Origin: a virus
Virus record (IMG/VR): IMGVR_UViG_3300026521_000527
Location: 1 to 64,000 of that record
DNA length: 64,000 bases
Direction: 5' to 3' (one strand)
Below are positions 10,255 through 20,510 of the stretch, in pieces. Every line of letters starts with the position of its first letter. Positions within the stretch are counted from its first letter, which is position 1. Both the position numbers and the translations under genes were made by a program. Below the pieces are notes generated by a model. The model had not been told where the DNA came from and did no database searches. It saw only the letters and a program-made list of their open reading frames with translations.

Positions 10255-11448
10255 ATGTTACAAGCTACTTTTGCAAATTTAATTGAAGGACAATTTAATT
10301 CAAAGAGATCTAAGACAAAAGAAATTTTGACAGAGGGTGATGAGTTGAGTTCAAAAGAACTCAACGAGTCTAAAAAAAGAGTATTTGAAGAAAATATTAA
10401 CCCAGGTTTTCTTTCAACTATAGAGGAACAAGTTCAACACGCTAAGAAAAAAGAAGAAATTAAAATGACTCTAATGACTGAAGCGTACGACCAAAATAAA
10501 GCTGAGAAGAAATTAGCTAAAGATATGATTTATTTTAATTATCTAATTGAGAATTTCGTCCCAGAAGCTCAAATGAGTGATTTTAAAATGATTCTCGAAT
10601 CAACATTAGTAAGCTTTTTAGATTTACATAAAGAGTGTGATATAAAACCAAGAATGTTAACAGAGTCGGTAATGAATATTGAGTTATCTGAGGGGCAAAT
10701 TCTTGATACATATAGAAACCATTTGAATTTATCTATTAAAGATAATTATACAAAGCCTGCTCTTAGTGGAACACTTGGCGAACTATATGAAAGTGAATTT
10801 AAAACACTTGTGGGAAAATTGGTCGAAGAAGGAGTAAGTGTCGATATGGAGGCTATCTCAACATACTTACCATTCGAGCAAACTATCTATGAATTTACTG
10901 AATCAGTTTTGATTCCAGAAGCCACTAAAATGAAATTAGATAAAATAGTTGAGGAGCAGTCAGAATTAACTGATTTATTCGAAAATACAGCCGAGGATTT
11001 AATTCAAGATATTCGCAAGAAAATAAAAGCTCTTGTTTCTATCGTAGCTCCAAATATGTTTAATAAAGCTGTTGATTCAGATGTTGATGGTACAAAAATG
11101 GCTGGTATTACAATAACTGTTGATAAAAATTTTGATTCTGGTTTAGGTTCAACTAACACTGGAACATGTCCAGGAAAAATTGATTCTGGGGATATTGTTG
11201 ATGAGTTAGACGCTGAACTTGAGGCAACTGATGACGATGTTCTAAATCCAGAAAATGAGCCAGAAGAACCAGTAGAAATTGATTCAGATTTGGAAGATGA
11301 AATCAAAGATGCTGAAGCTGCTTCTCCAGATGAAGATGAAGATCTAGCTGGTGATGATGAGTTTGATGATATTGATATAAATGATGAAGAAGTAGAAGAT
11401 AAGGACGACGATAAAGACGGCGAGCTTGTTGAAACAGATATTAAGTAA
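10255..11448 (+). CDS. probable prohead core/scaffold-like protein with very acidic C-terminal tail
   Basis: Many L/I-x-E-(S/G/A/N) sites (LIEG, LTEG, LNES, MTEA, LIEN, ILES, LTES, LYES, LVEEG, LFEN); D/E-rich tail. Confidence 0.45.
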   Translation: MLQATFANLIEGQFNSKRSKTKEILTEGDELSSKELNESKKRVFEENINPGFLSTIEEQVQHAKKKEEIKMTLMTEAYDQNKAEKKLAKDMIYFNYLIENFVPEAQMSDFKMILESTLVSFLDLHKECDIKPRMLTESVMNIELSEGQILDTYRNHLNLSIKDNYTKPALSGTLGELYESEFKTLVGKLVEEGVSVDMEAISTYLPFEQTIYEFTESVLIPEATKMKLDKIVEEQSELTDLFENTAEDLIQDIRKKIKALVSIVAPNMFNKAVDSDVDGTKMAGITITVDKNFDSGLGSTNTGTCPGKIDSGDIVDELDAELEATDDDVLNPENEPEEPVEIDSDLEDEIKDAEAASPDEDEDLAGDDEFDDIDINDEEVEDKDDDKDGELVETDIK

Positions 11449-11471
11449 GAATACGGTATAATACCGTATTC
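11449..11471. terminator. intergenic inverted repeat (11-bp arms)
   Basis: gaatacggtat-a-ataccgtattc immediately after a stop codon. Confidence 0.55.
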
Positions 11472-11489
11472 AAGAATAAAGGATATATT

Positions 11490-12683
11490 TTGACAAAAGA
11501 ACAGAAATCAAAATTACCACAAGAACTTCAACAAGTAATCGAAAGATTCCATCATGATCCTATTTTACTATCAAAATTAAAAAATGTTATGCGTATTGCA
11601 ACTCAACATATAGCTCAAAAAGCAATGCAGCAATCAACATTCTGTGATACTTTTCAACCACCGAATAAATTACCTGAAAGATTATTAGAATATTTTGGAT
11701 TATCCGAGAGAGAGATGAAAGCAGCGATGGCTAAAATTGGCTTTATTCTTCATAGTCAATATCTCTCAACATATTATCAATCATTCTGCCTCGTGTATTT
11801 AATCGGTTTGGAGTTTAATGATCCAGCTTTAAGAAAGATGGCAATTCTAATGATTGATATTCGTCTTTGGAATGGTTTCAAGAAAACATTCTGGCCAAAA
11901 TATTGCGACCCAGATATAGCAAGATATGTTGTAAATTATCTTATTAAAAACAATCATACCTTCAAAAAACCAGGAACCCCATTTAAATTCTTAGATGAGT
12001 TTAGTATTCCAGCAGTTGATTTAAAATATCATCAAACAATTCCGAATAATTTGGATCATGATAGAGAAGGACTTAGAAAATTAATTGAAGCCAATAAAAG
12101 TAGATTGCGTCAAGTAATTGATTCTCTTCGTGAGCACTATTATAAAGCAGCAGCTGAGGGCAAGAAAGAAATAATTTCAGGGATGTATACTAATCAATAT
12201 CAAGATGGAGATATCGTTGAAAAAAGAGAATCTTTTAACTCAACTATAGAGAGACTTGTTGATAAAATTCAGAAAAATGCAGTCATGAAAAGAAATATAC
12301 TTCTTCATCCAGATGTAAAAGTAATATTTCAAGAAAAATTCAAATTGAGTGATAATAGTATTAGATTATTTCAAAAATGGTTAGATGATGATGATAATCA
12401 CGAAGAAATAAAATATTTCTTCGAGTTAATTTTCACTAGTTTTAAACCAAAGGATGAATCTGATGTTTGTCAATTCGAAGTTGAAGTCTTGGCGAATAGA
12501 ATTACTGGGGCTAAGAAAGATAAAGAATTAATGAAAGCCAAAGAAATACTTGATCATATGGTTATGAGTATTATTGGGCCGAGATACAATTCAATGGCAT
12601 CCTCAAGTATAGCACGAGCAAAAAATATTGCAGCTTTTGCAGTAGTGGCTTACGCTAAAGTTTTATTATGTAAAAAGATTTAG
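11490..12683 (+). CDS. hypothetical protein (397 aa)
   Basis: Long ORF, TTG start after AAAGGA. Confidence 0.5.
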   Translation: MTKEQKSKLPQELQQVIERFHHDPILLSKLKNVMRIATQHIAQKAMQQSTFCDTFQPPNKLPERLLEYFGLSEREMKAAMAKIGFILHSQYLSTYYQSFCLVYLIGLEFNDPALRKMAILMIDIRLWNGFKKTFWPKYCDPDIARYVVNYLIKNNHTFKKPGTPFKFLDEFSIPAVDLKYHQTIPNNLDHDREGLRKLIEANKSRLRQVIDSLREHYYKAAAEGKKEIISGMYTNQYQDGDIVEKRESFNSTIERLVDKIQKNAVMKRNILLHPDVKVIFQEKFKLSDNSIRLFQKWLDDDDNHEEIKYFFELIFTSFKPKDESDVCQFEVEVLANRITGAKKDKELMKAKEILDHMVMSIIGPRYNSMASSSIARAKNIAAFAVVAYAKVLLCKKI

Positions 12684-12719
12684 GAAAGAGTTGAGTGCCT
12701 AGGCACTCAACTCTTTCCT
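12682..12719. terminator. perfect 38-bp palindrome followed by a T-tract; probable terminator
   Basis: aggaaagagttgagtgcct|aggcactcaactctttcct, then tttt. Confidence 0.7.
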
Positions 12720-12734
12720 TTTCTGTGCCTAATT

Positions 12735-12742
12735 TATAAATA
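12735..12742 (+). promoter_or_regulatory. TATAAATA element (T4 late-promoter-like) upstream of the tail operon
   Basis: Exact TATAAATA just upstream of the RBS for 12754. Confidence 0.4.
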
Positions 12743-12753
12743 AAAGGATTTAA

Positions 12754-13593
12754 ATGTTTTTTGGATTAGAAGATCTAAGTCCGGATCTATTCTTCGAAAT
12801 CAATGATGAAAATATATATTTATATTTAAATGATATACGGAATATGATTGATGTTGCTCAGATGGTACCACTTGAGTCATTTGGGCAAGATAATAAAATT
12901 AAATTTAAAAGCTTACCATTTAACCTGAGGTTAACTATCGGCATTCAATATCTAAAAAAAGATGGATATATAAAACGAGAATATGGTAAAGATTACCTAA
13001 ACGCTAGAATATTTGAAAATGAATTCTATAGTATTCCAAAGTTAATAAAGATTCTTAAAAAATATGGTTTACAACCAAACGGATTGATTAAAGAATTTAT
13101 TCCTGTCGAAGACTTTTACACAGGCGGATCCAATGGTGTACTTGATTTATATTATTTAATAATAACCTATTTTAGTAGTATTTATAGGGAAATAAATACA
13201 GATCAACTTAAACGGGAATATAAAATATTAACGGATACTGATCTGGATTTAAATAAATTTCAAATAATTACAAAAGTATCCGATTTCTTTTTTAAAGAGT
13301 TTAAATATTATTTGGGCACTAAGCCAAATGATATTCCGTTCTGCTGTGGGTACGGCACCAACTTACATAAAGCATTGCAGTCTAAAAACACTCTAGTACT
13401 TAAAGTTCAGGTTGAAAATGAAATCAATGGATTTATTAATAATTTTAATACAATTTATGATGATTTGGTACATGTTGAAAATATAAATATCGAATCAGAG
13501 GATGCAACCGATGGTTCAGCTGAGTGGTCAATAAATATACTTGCCAAGATTGATAATGAATATATTTCTTTTAAATTGATTAAAACACAATAG
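12754..13593 (+). CDS. hypothetical virion protein (279 aa)
   Basis: AAAGGA RBS; first gene of the tail cluster. Confidence 0.45.
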   Translation: MFFGLEDLSPDLFFEINDENIYLYLNDIRNMIDVAQMVPLESFGQDNKIKFKSLPFNLRLTIGIQYLKKDGYIKREYGKDYLNARIFENEFYSIPKLIKILKKYGLQPNGLIKEFIPVEDFYTGGSNGVLDLYYLIITYFSSIYREINTDQLKREYKILTDTDLDLNKFQIITKVSDFFFKEFKYYLGTKPNDIPFCCGYGTNLHKALQSKNTLVLKVQVENEINGFINNFNTIYDDLVHVENINIESEDATDGSAEWSINILAKIDNEYISFKLIKTQ

Positions 13594-13602
13594 AGGTAAA
13601 AT

Positions 13603-14724
13603 ATGAAAATAAATCAATCAAATTTAACAGATTATCAATACGGGTTGTATAATGATTATCTCTCCCAACTTGATGATAATCTTATTCTTTACAGTAATCA
13701 AAATTCTATGTCAATTAAGTACTGGAATATTAAAGTTCAAGAAAGTTTTAATACCAATGATCTAAACTTTCAAAATAGTTATAAAAATTTTACTTATGAT
13801 ATTTACCATTTCATGCCGACCCTTGAGATGTCCCCATTAACCTACCAAATAAATTATGAGACTCAACACTCAGGAACAAGCAATATCGCGACAGGTTCAA
13901 TGACCATATTTTTATTAGATAAACCTCTTCCTGGAGATCTATTTACCTTTTATTCAATAGATGATGTTCACAACGCAGGTGAAGTATTTAGAATTAGTAA
14001 TGTTAGATATATGAGAACCACGAAAAATAAATTAAAACTATTCCAACTTGATTTTGAAACAGCTCCGTTGACAAAGAACTCAATTGATAATTTAAAAATT
14101 AATAATGTTTATTATTGGGATACAGAACTCAATAAATTTTTTATAGATGATCAATATAATAAATTACTTGAGTTAAATGAGACTCGAGATGATATACTAG
14201 ATGAAATAAATAAATATTATAATCAAACTATGGGAGTATATGAAGAGACTGAAAATACAAAACCAGTTCTTTTGAACTCAGTATTAAAAAATATTAAATT
14301 AATATTTCCAGACATTGATATAAAATTACAACACGGTATTAAATTTAAAGATATTGATTTTCTTAAATTTACTAACAGTTCGGACGAAAATTTTATTGAT
14401 TATTTAGAGTGCTCTGGAACTGAAGTTCAAGAAAAAAATAAAAATTTATATTCTTTGGTAAAAAGATTATTTACAATGTATTATGATTTGGTGCCAGATG
14501 AGTTCGAAAACAATCGAGTCTTAAATAACTGCAATGAAGAAAATAATAAAGAAAGTGATTGTTCCGGTAATATTTCCAATACATCATCGAAGATATTCTA
14601 TGAGAATCCTAATACTAAAAATATTGCTCTTTATCCAGGAACTATTGAGATACCATTATATATTGATGACTCTGGAACACCAAGAGGTTCAACTAGGATA
14701 TATATCGGTGAGAAGGAGTTATAA
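13603..14724 (+). CDS. hypothetical virion protein (possible neck/baseplate, 373 aa)
   Basis: Position in the tail operon; beta-rich LDKPLPGDLFTF..GEVFRISNV segment. Confidence 0.35.
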   Translation: MKINQSNLTDYQYGLYNDYLSQLDDNLILYSNQNSMSIKYWNIKVQESFNTNDLNFQNSYKNFTYDIYHFMPTLEMSPLTYQINYETQHSGTSNIATGSMTIFLLDKPLPGDLFTFYSIDDVHNAGEVFRISNVRYMRTTKNKLKLFQLDFETAPLTKNSIDNLKINNVYYWDTELNKFFIDDQYNKLLELNETRDDILDEINKYYNQTMGVYEETENTKPVLLNSVLKNIKLIFPDIDIKLQHGIKFKDIDFLKFTNSSDENFIDYLECSGTEVQEKNKNLYSLVKRLFTMYYDLVPDEFENNRVLNNCNEENNKESDCSGNISNTSSKIFYENPNTKNIALYPGTIEIPLYIDDSGTPRGSTRIYIGEKEL

Positions 14725-16706
14725 TGCAACCTATTGAAATAAATGCAATCAGTGAGATGAACTCAATGATTCTTGAATTACCAGCGATCAAAGAAGCTTC
14801 TGGAAAAGAAGGATTCGGAAATATTTTAAATTATCTTTTAAAAGATATTTATATTGATACACCAGAAGAGTTATTTCAATACATGAAATACAATCTTAAT
14901 GATAAAATGACAGAAATTTTATTAGCAAACTATGGAATAGATATTAAATATAGTAAAAAAGTAAATAATTCAATTAAAAGGATTCTAGTTTTTTATCTAG
15001 AAAGATTATTTCAATCTAAGGGATCTAATGAAGCTTTTGGTTTATTTGCAGAGATATTTGAAAATTTCTTCAGTAGTATAAATTTTTATAACATCTCAGT
15101 TGATAAAAGTTGGAAGAATTTAACATTTGATGATGATGGAAATCCGACTTATAAAAATGGTGAATTTATATTAAACTATAAGCTTGATCCTATTTTTATC
15201 AACGACGAAGAAAATATTATTCATGAAATTGATGACGATATTAAAATATCTAATAAGTATTTAATGACGCTAAAGCAGTATGAAAATTATTCTTTATTTC
15301 CAATAAATACAAATTTAATTTACATCCAATTCAGTGGTGGAATTGGGGCGATAAATAATATGAAAGTTTTCGCTGATGGTATTAGATCATACGGTGCAAC
15401 ATTTATGCAACAATTTGAATTGGAATATCCGACTTCAATAAATGGAAAAAAAAGTTACTTGAATATAAATTGCAGTCATTTAGAACTGCTTATAAAATAT
15501 TTTCAATTAAAAGAATTGCAACATCGTGGAGAAAATATATTTTTTGAGTACAAGAAACAGTTCTTTACGAACCTTTTATTTGAAATAGAATACATAGATG
15601 CGATTGAAGATGTTCTCCATGAATACAAACAAGCCAATTATAGTAATCGAAATGAGATGCAAAATCTTAAAAGAAAATGGCAGACAATTCTTAGGCATGG
15701 GATGAAGTCTGATGGCACAATCACATCTTTCAGTTCTTTAGAAACTCTTATGAAAGATATGTATAAACCTTTAATAGATGAATTTCTAGAAACTTTGGAT
15801 TCTGATCCTGAAAAAGTTATTGATATTTATATGAAATTATTTACTGAAACAATTACCGCAATAAATACTAGTAATTTATTTGTGCAATTATACACGAATA
15901 CTATTTTTATGCAAGTGTTAACTGGAGATGTTTTTGTAGAAAATTTCTTCCAACCGATTTTTGATATTTTCACAAAATATTTCTTTCCAGTTGAAATGGA
16001 CTATTTGAACAATTTTTTAAATAAAATGCTTATTAAAGATAAATGGAATTCAATTAGCACAGATCATTTCGTAAAAACGACATTAAGTACTAGTGAATTT
16101 AGTCTCGCGACCCCACAACGTGGACTTGATAGATATCAAATATTCTTCTTCTTTGAGAATACAACTATTTTGGATAAAGCCCGAGATAAATTCAATATAT
16201 TTTTAATAAAAAACGCAACAGATATTTTATTAAATTCTGATAAAAATAAAATCAACTTAAATAAAAAAATAAAAACAACTAGAGTTATGTTGGACTCGAA
16301 CTCTTTAAAAATTTATAAAGAGTTAACTGATAAAATTTCATATAATCAGGTTCATGATTTTTATAAAATTATTTTGGAAATTCAAAGAGTTGATTCAATA
16401 GACTTTGAGTTCAGAAGAACTCAAAGTCTAAAAATGTCTCAAAAAAGTAAAATAGGGAAAATCTCAAAACAAATGCTCGGTCTTAATTTAATTAGTCGAT
16501 CTTCAACTAACCAATCTGACATAATACAAACAATAATTATTCAAGGGAATTATAATAACTATTCAATTGTATCAAATTATGATAGATATATGTATGATAT
16601 GTTGGTAAAATATGGTTACCATGAAGAATTTCGACAATTTGAGCTTCAACAAAAATATACTTTTAACAAGTATATGCATTTAACAACAATAGATGATAGA
16701 TTATAA
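14724..16706 (+). CDS. probable baseplate wedge subunit (gp7/P2 gpI-like)
   Basis: LFQSKGSNEAF resembles the Y/F..KGT motif of wedge proteins; upstream of the sheath. Confidence 0.5.
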   Translation: MQPIEINAISEMNSMILELPAIKEASGKEGFGNILNYLLKDIYIDTPEELFQYMKYNLNDKMTEILLANYGIDIKYSKKVNNSIKRILVFYLERLFQSKGSNEAFGLFAEIFENFFSSINFYNISVDKSWKNLTFDDDGNPTYKNGEFILNYKLDPIFINDEENIIHEIDDDIKISNKYLMTLKQYENYSLFPINTNLIYIQFSGGIGAINNMKVFADGIRSYGATFMQQFELEYPTSINGKKSYLNINCSHLELLIKYFQLKELQHRGENIFFEYKKQFFTNLLFEIEYIDAIEDVLHEYKQANYSNRNEMQNLKRKWQTILRHGMKSDGTITSFSSLETLMKDMYKPLIDEFLETLDSDPEKVIDIYMKLFTETITAINTSNLFVQLYTNTIFMQVLTGDVFVENFFQPIFDIFTKYFFPVEMDYLNNFLNKMLIKDKWNSISTDHFVKTTLSTSEFSLATPQRGLDRYQIFFFFENTTILDKARDKFNIFLIKNATDILLNSDKNKINLNKKIKTTRVMLDSNSLKIYKELTDKISYNQVHDFYKIILEIQRVDSIDFEFRRTQSLKMSQKSKIGKISKQMLGLNLISRSSTNQSDIIQTIIIQGNYNNYSIVSNYDRYMYDMLVKYGYHEEFRQFELQQKYTFNKYMHLTTIDDRL

Positions 16707-16720
16707 TAAAAAGGAAAAAA

Positions 16721-17431
16721 ATGTCCGAAAAAAAATTAGTACATATTGATAAAAAAGTACTACATCCAGGCGAACAATTTAAATTTGATGCCTTTGATAA
16801 TAAACCACAAAAAGGTATTATAGGTCGTCCGAAGATATATAATTTCAAAGGTGAATTATTAGCTGAAGAAGAGAATTTAGTTGTTTTAACTGGAAGGGAA
16901 TTTCTTGCACAAAAATTATTAACGCAATCAGTTGATAGTAATTTTGATTTGACAAAATATGATATTAGATATTTTGGAATTGGTAATGGTGGTACGAGTA
17001 ATGGTGATACGCCATCAACAGTTGGTCCATTTGATACAGATCTTGATTTAAATTCGCCCGTAAAATTTACAAGCACAGGAGGAGATATAAATACAAGTAC
17101 CAATGATTATAAATATATTTCAAATGGGTATTTGAAGAAAATTGTTTCGGATGGAGAGATGAAAATTATCCAAGAAGAACATACAGTAAATACGGAAAGT
17201 GGGAATGTCACAATCCAGAAATACACTAGTATAAAATTTACTTTAAAGATCCAAATGGAAGAGCCTGCAGTAAAACCATTTAAATTTAATGAAGCAGGAT
17301 TATATGCTGTCGAGTATGATAGTAATGGTACTCCAACTTCAAATAAAATTCTTTTCGCTAGATTTACAACTCTAGATAAATATCTTGATTCAAATGATGG
17401 TATAATTATTGAATGGCATGTTCTTGTTTAA
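16721..17431 (+). CDS. baseplate/tail-fibre attachment protein (tail-collar-fibre-like)
   Basis: NLVVLTGREFLAQKL..YFGIGNG..FNEAGLY..LFARFT..IEWHV pattern. Confidence 0.6.
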   Translation: MSEKKLVHIDKKVLHPGEQFKFDAFDNKPQKGIIGRPKIYNFKGELLAEEENLVVLTGREFLAQKLLTQSVDSNFDLTKYDIRYFGIGNGGTSNGDTPSTVGPFDTDLDLNSPVKFTSTGGDINTSTNDYKYISNGYLKKIVSDGEMKIIQEEHTVNTESGNVTIQKYTSIKFTLKIQMEEPAVKPFKFNEAGLYAVEYDSNGTPTSNKILFARFTTLDKYLDSNDGIIIEWHVLV

Positions 17432-17451
17432 AAAATTAAGGAGTTTAGTTT

Positions 17452-19542
17452 ATGGTTTATGATATTCCAGGAATCACCACTTCAGTTGCTGATAGAAGTT
17501 ATCCTACTGCAACTGAACTTGGTGGTAGATCAGTTTTAATAGCTGGTTTTAGTAAATTTGGTGAAGAAGATTTTCATGAATATTCCGATCCAGAAAAAAT
17601 GAAGTTTTCTTTGGGTGAGATTGATCTGAAGAAATATGGGCTTGGGTTATTCTTCGCTTATGGTGCCTTAAGTAAAACAAGAAATGTTATCTTTAGAAGA
17701 CTTCTCCCCCAAGATGCAACTTTCGCGAATCTTGTTTTTAAAGATCAAGGTGATGGTGTTTCAGTAAAATCAATAAGTTCAGTTATCCAGAAAGATGCTT
17801 TTTATGAAACTCAATTAAATAAAGAAGATACATTTTCAGTTTTGAATGCCAAACATAGAGGAACAGGATATAATAATATATATGTCAGATTTTCTCCAGC
17901 CTCTGATTTTGAAAAATATTTCGCAGATAAGCATGGAAATGTTAAATATAGATTTAATTTTTTAAGTATTTCAATATTTGAAGAATCATCAAGTGGGGTT
18001 AAGACAAAATCAAATGAGTTTGTAATATCTCTAATAGATACTGATCCAGATACGAATGTTCCTCTGGTTGACCCATTGATGACTAATGAATTATTCGCGA
18101 ATAAAAAATTTAGTCAAAATAATGAGTACGCTGACTTTTTAATAAATGTTGATAAATTAGAATTATTTAAGAAAGATTTAAATATAAATGACTTAACAGC
18201 TGATTATAAAGATGGTGTGTTGGTTAAAGGACTCAATAGAGTAATACTTAAAGATACTGAGACTGGTAAAAATTTCGAGGTTACTGCTGATAAAGAAGGT
18301 AGATTAATTCTAAGAGCAACTATTCTTGATGGTAAAGACAAAATGTACACCAAGGTTAATGTAAATGGAAATGATATTTTAAAATCTATTTATATTACTA
18401 ATGGTAAATTTAATATAGAAACAGATGTATCTGGCTCAGGAACAGAAAAAATTCTACCTGAATTTCATATTGATGGTGAAGATAGCTTCTGGGTTCTGCA
18501 AGCTGATGAAGATTCAACTTCAGGGATTAAAACATTTAAATATGTTTCTGAAAGACAGAAACTATATAATTTATTAACTAGTGGTAAATCAGAATTACCT
18601 GGATTATGGAGATTGAAATCAGGATCAGATGGTAGTAATTTAGTTATAAATAACACATTAAATTTCGATAGTTCTAATGCTGAAGTTGGTAAAGAAAATG
18701 CTAAGCAACTTCTAATTAATTTCTTTGATCAAGATCAAAATATTCGTGAAGTAATATATCCAGAACTTGATTTCGATTATATTCCAGATTGGACGGAAGA
18801 TATTGATGTCCAAGAAGCTATTGTAAAATTAGCTGATGATATTGGTATAACAATGCCATTGATAAGTTTTAAAGGTACTCGTAATTACACTGATGACTAT
18901 AAAAGAAGACTTGAAGATCTTTATTTCAGTTCATATAATACCATGATTTATAGTGGCCAATCAAACTTAAATCATTATGTTCCTGAAACAGGTCAAATAA
19001 TTTCATGTCCAGCTAGTTATTACGCAATGCTTGATCATTTAACCATTGATAATAATATGAGTATAACTGAACCAGTAGCGAACATGAATAAAGGTGAATT
19101 ACCAGTAGCTGGTGTTCAACTCTCTTATATAGCAAAAACTCCAGTTATTGCTAAACTTAGAGCAGTTCAGATAAACACAATTATTAAAGAAACTGATGGT
19201 ATTTATTTTATTGATCAACTTACAGCTTATAAAAACGCTAGTAAATTATCAAGAGCGAATGTTGTAAAAGTAATTCATAGAATGCGTAAAGATATTCCTA
19301 GATTACTTAAAGATTTATTACAATTAAAAGCGATAAATGATATTACGGGCAGAGCTGAAGCCAGAGTCCGTGAGTACATGGATAAATGGAAAGCTACACA
19401 AGATAATGTTGTAGATGGAATATTCGAATCAATTGAAGTAAATAGTGTATTTATTTCTGAAGAATTTAAATTAATTATTTCAATAGCAGTTGTTCCTATC
19501 GGCACAATTGAGAAAATTGAAATACCTATTACAGTACTGTAA
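17452..19542 (+). CDS. contractile tail sheath protein
   Basis: N-terminal PGITTSVADRS (PGVY..E.D.S type); C-terminal INTIIKETDGIYFIDQLT..RANVVKV..VVPIGTIEKIEIPITV; 696 aa. Confidence 0.85.
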   Translation: MVYDIPGITTSVADRSYPTATELGGRSVLIAGFSKFGEEDFHEYSDPEKMKFSLGEIDLKKYGLGLFFAYGALSKTRNVIFRRLLPQDATFANLVFKDQGDGVSVKSISSVIQKDAFYETQLNKEDTFSVLNAKHRGTGYNNIYVRFSPASDFEKYFADKHGNVKYRFNFLSISIFEESSSGVKTKSNEFVISLIDTDPDTNVPLVDPLMTNELFANKKFSQNNEYADFLINVDKLELFKKDLNINDLTADYKDGVLVKGLNRVILKDTETGKNFEVTADKEGRLILRATILDGKDKMYTKVNVNGNDILKSIYITNGKFNIETDVSGSGTEKILPEFHIDGEDSFWVLQADEDSTSGIKTFKYVSERQKLYNLLTSGKSELPGLWRLKSGSDGSNLVINNTLNFDSSNAEVGKENAKQLLINFFDQDQNIREVIYPELDFDYIPDWTEDIDVQEAIVKLADDIGITMPLISFKGTRNYTDDYKRRLEDLYFSSYNTMIYSGQSNLNHYVPETGQIISCPASYYAMLDHLTIDNNMSITEPVANMNKGELPVAGVQLSYIAKTPVIAKLRAVQINTIIKETDGIYFIDQLTAYKNASKLSRANVVKVIHRMRKDIPRLLKDLLQLKAINDITGRAEARVREYMDKWKATQDNVVDGIFESIEVNSVFISEEFKLIISIAVVPIGTIEKIEIPITVL

Positions 19543-19557
19543 TAAAAAGGTTACGAT

Positions 19558-20484
19558 ATGAAACAATCTTTAATTAAAAATTTAGCTCCAGCTTCGGTAT
19601 TAGTCGGTGGTTACCATTTGGCTAAAAAGATCGGAAATGTCGCCGGCGACATTTCCGCGCAGCAGGAGTCAACTGAATTAACAGAGGCGAATGCAACTGA
19701 TTTTATGAAAAGATATGGTGGGCATGTAATGGGTGCAGGTGCTCTTGGGTTAGCAGCGATGAACCGTTCTGGTGTAGCTGCTGCTCAATCAGCAGCTACT
19801 TCAAATCTGAAAAAAATTAATACAAACACAGCTGGTGTTAAAACTAACGCCGGGCAGATAGCTACAAACACAACAGGTATTAAAACCAACGCAGGAAATA
19901 TAGCTACAAACACAGCTGGTATTAAAACCAACGTAGGAAATATAGCTACAAACACAACTGGTATTAAAACCAACGTAGGAAATATAGCTACAAACACAAC
20001 AGGTATTAAAACCAACACCGGGCAGATAGCTACAAACACAACAGGTATTAAAACCAACGTTGATGATATATCCAATGTTTCAGATAGAGTTGGAGTCAAC
20101 TCACATAACATTGGGACAGCTTTCTCCAAAATTAATACAAACACAACTGGTATTAAAACTAACGCCGATCATTTAGGTACAATTGGTGAAAGAATTAATA
20201 ATAATGCGCATAATATAGGGTCAGCTTTCTCTAAAATAAATGCCAACACTGAAGGTCTTAATGACATTAAATATAATATAGGTCATTATTATAGTTCGAT
20301 AGCTAAAAATCTAGCTGGAATTCATGAGAATATATTCCTTAAAGTTGATAGGTTAGTTGAGGAAGCTTCAGTCAAATCTAAGAAAGAAAAAAAAGAAGCT
20401 AAAACGCACCCAGCAGTAACTGCGCTTCAACTTGGAATTATAGGTGCGTCTGGTGCTAAAATATATGGGCACCTTCATAATTAA
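19558..20484 (+). CDS. Gly/Ala-rich protein with I-x-x-N heptad coiled-coil repeats
   Basis: Repeats of IATNTTGIKTN(A/V)G(N/Q); RBS present. Confidence 0.6.
   Translation: MKQSLIKNLAPASVLVGGYHLAKKIGNVAGDISAQQESTELTEANATDFMKRYGGHVMGAGALGLAAMNRSGVAAAQSAATSNLKKINTNTAGVKTNAGQIATNTTGIKTNAGNIATNTAGIKTNVGNIATNTTGIKTNVGNIATNTTGIKTNTGQIATNTTGIKTNVDDISNVSDRVGVNSHNIGTAFSKINTNTTGIKTNADHLGTIGERINNNAHNIGSAFSKINANTEGLNDIKYNIGHYYSSIAKNLAGIHENIFLKVDRLVEEASVKSKKEKKEAKTHPAVTALQLGIIGASGAKIYGHLHN
19816..20060 (+). repeat. in-frame 42-bp tandem repeat, about 6 units
   Basis: Unit approximately attaaaaccaacgcaggaaatatagctacaaacacaactggt; a degenerate copy at ~20130-20165. Confidence 0.9.
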
Positions 20485-20510
20485 TTATAAACATAAAAAG
20501 GATAATAAAC

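Noticed and set aside
19816-20060. CRISPR array
   Set aside because: Contiguous in-frame 42-bp units with no unique spacers; they encode a heptad repeat
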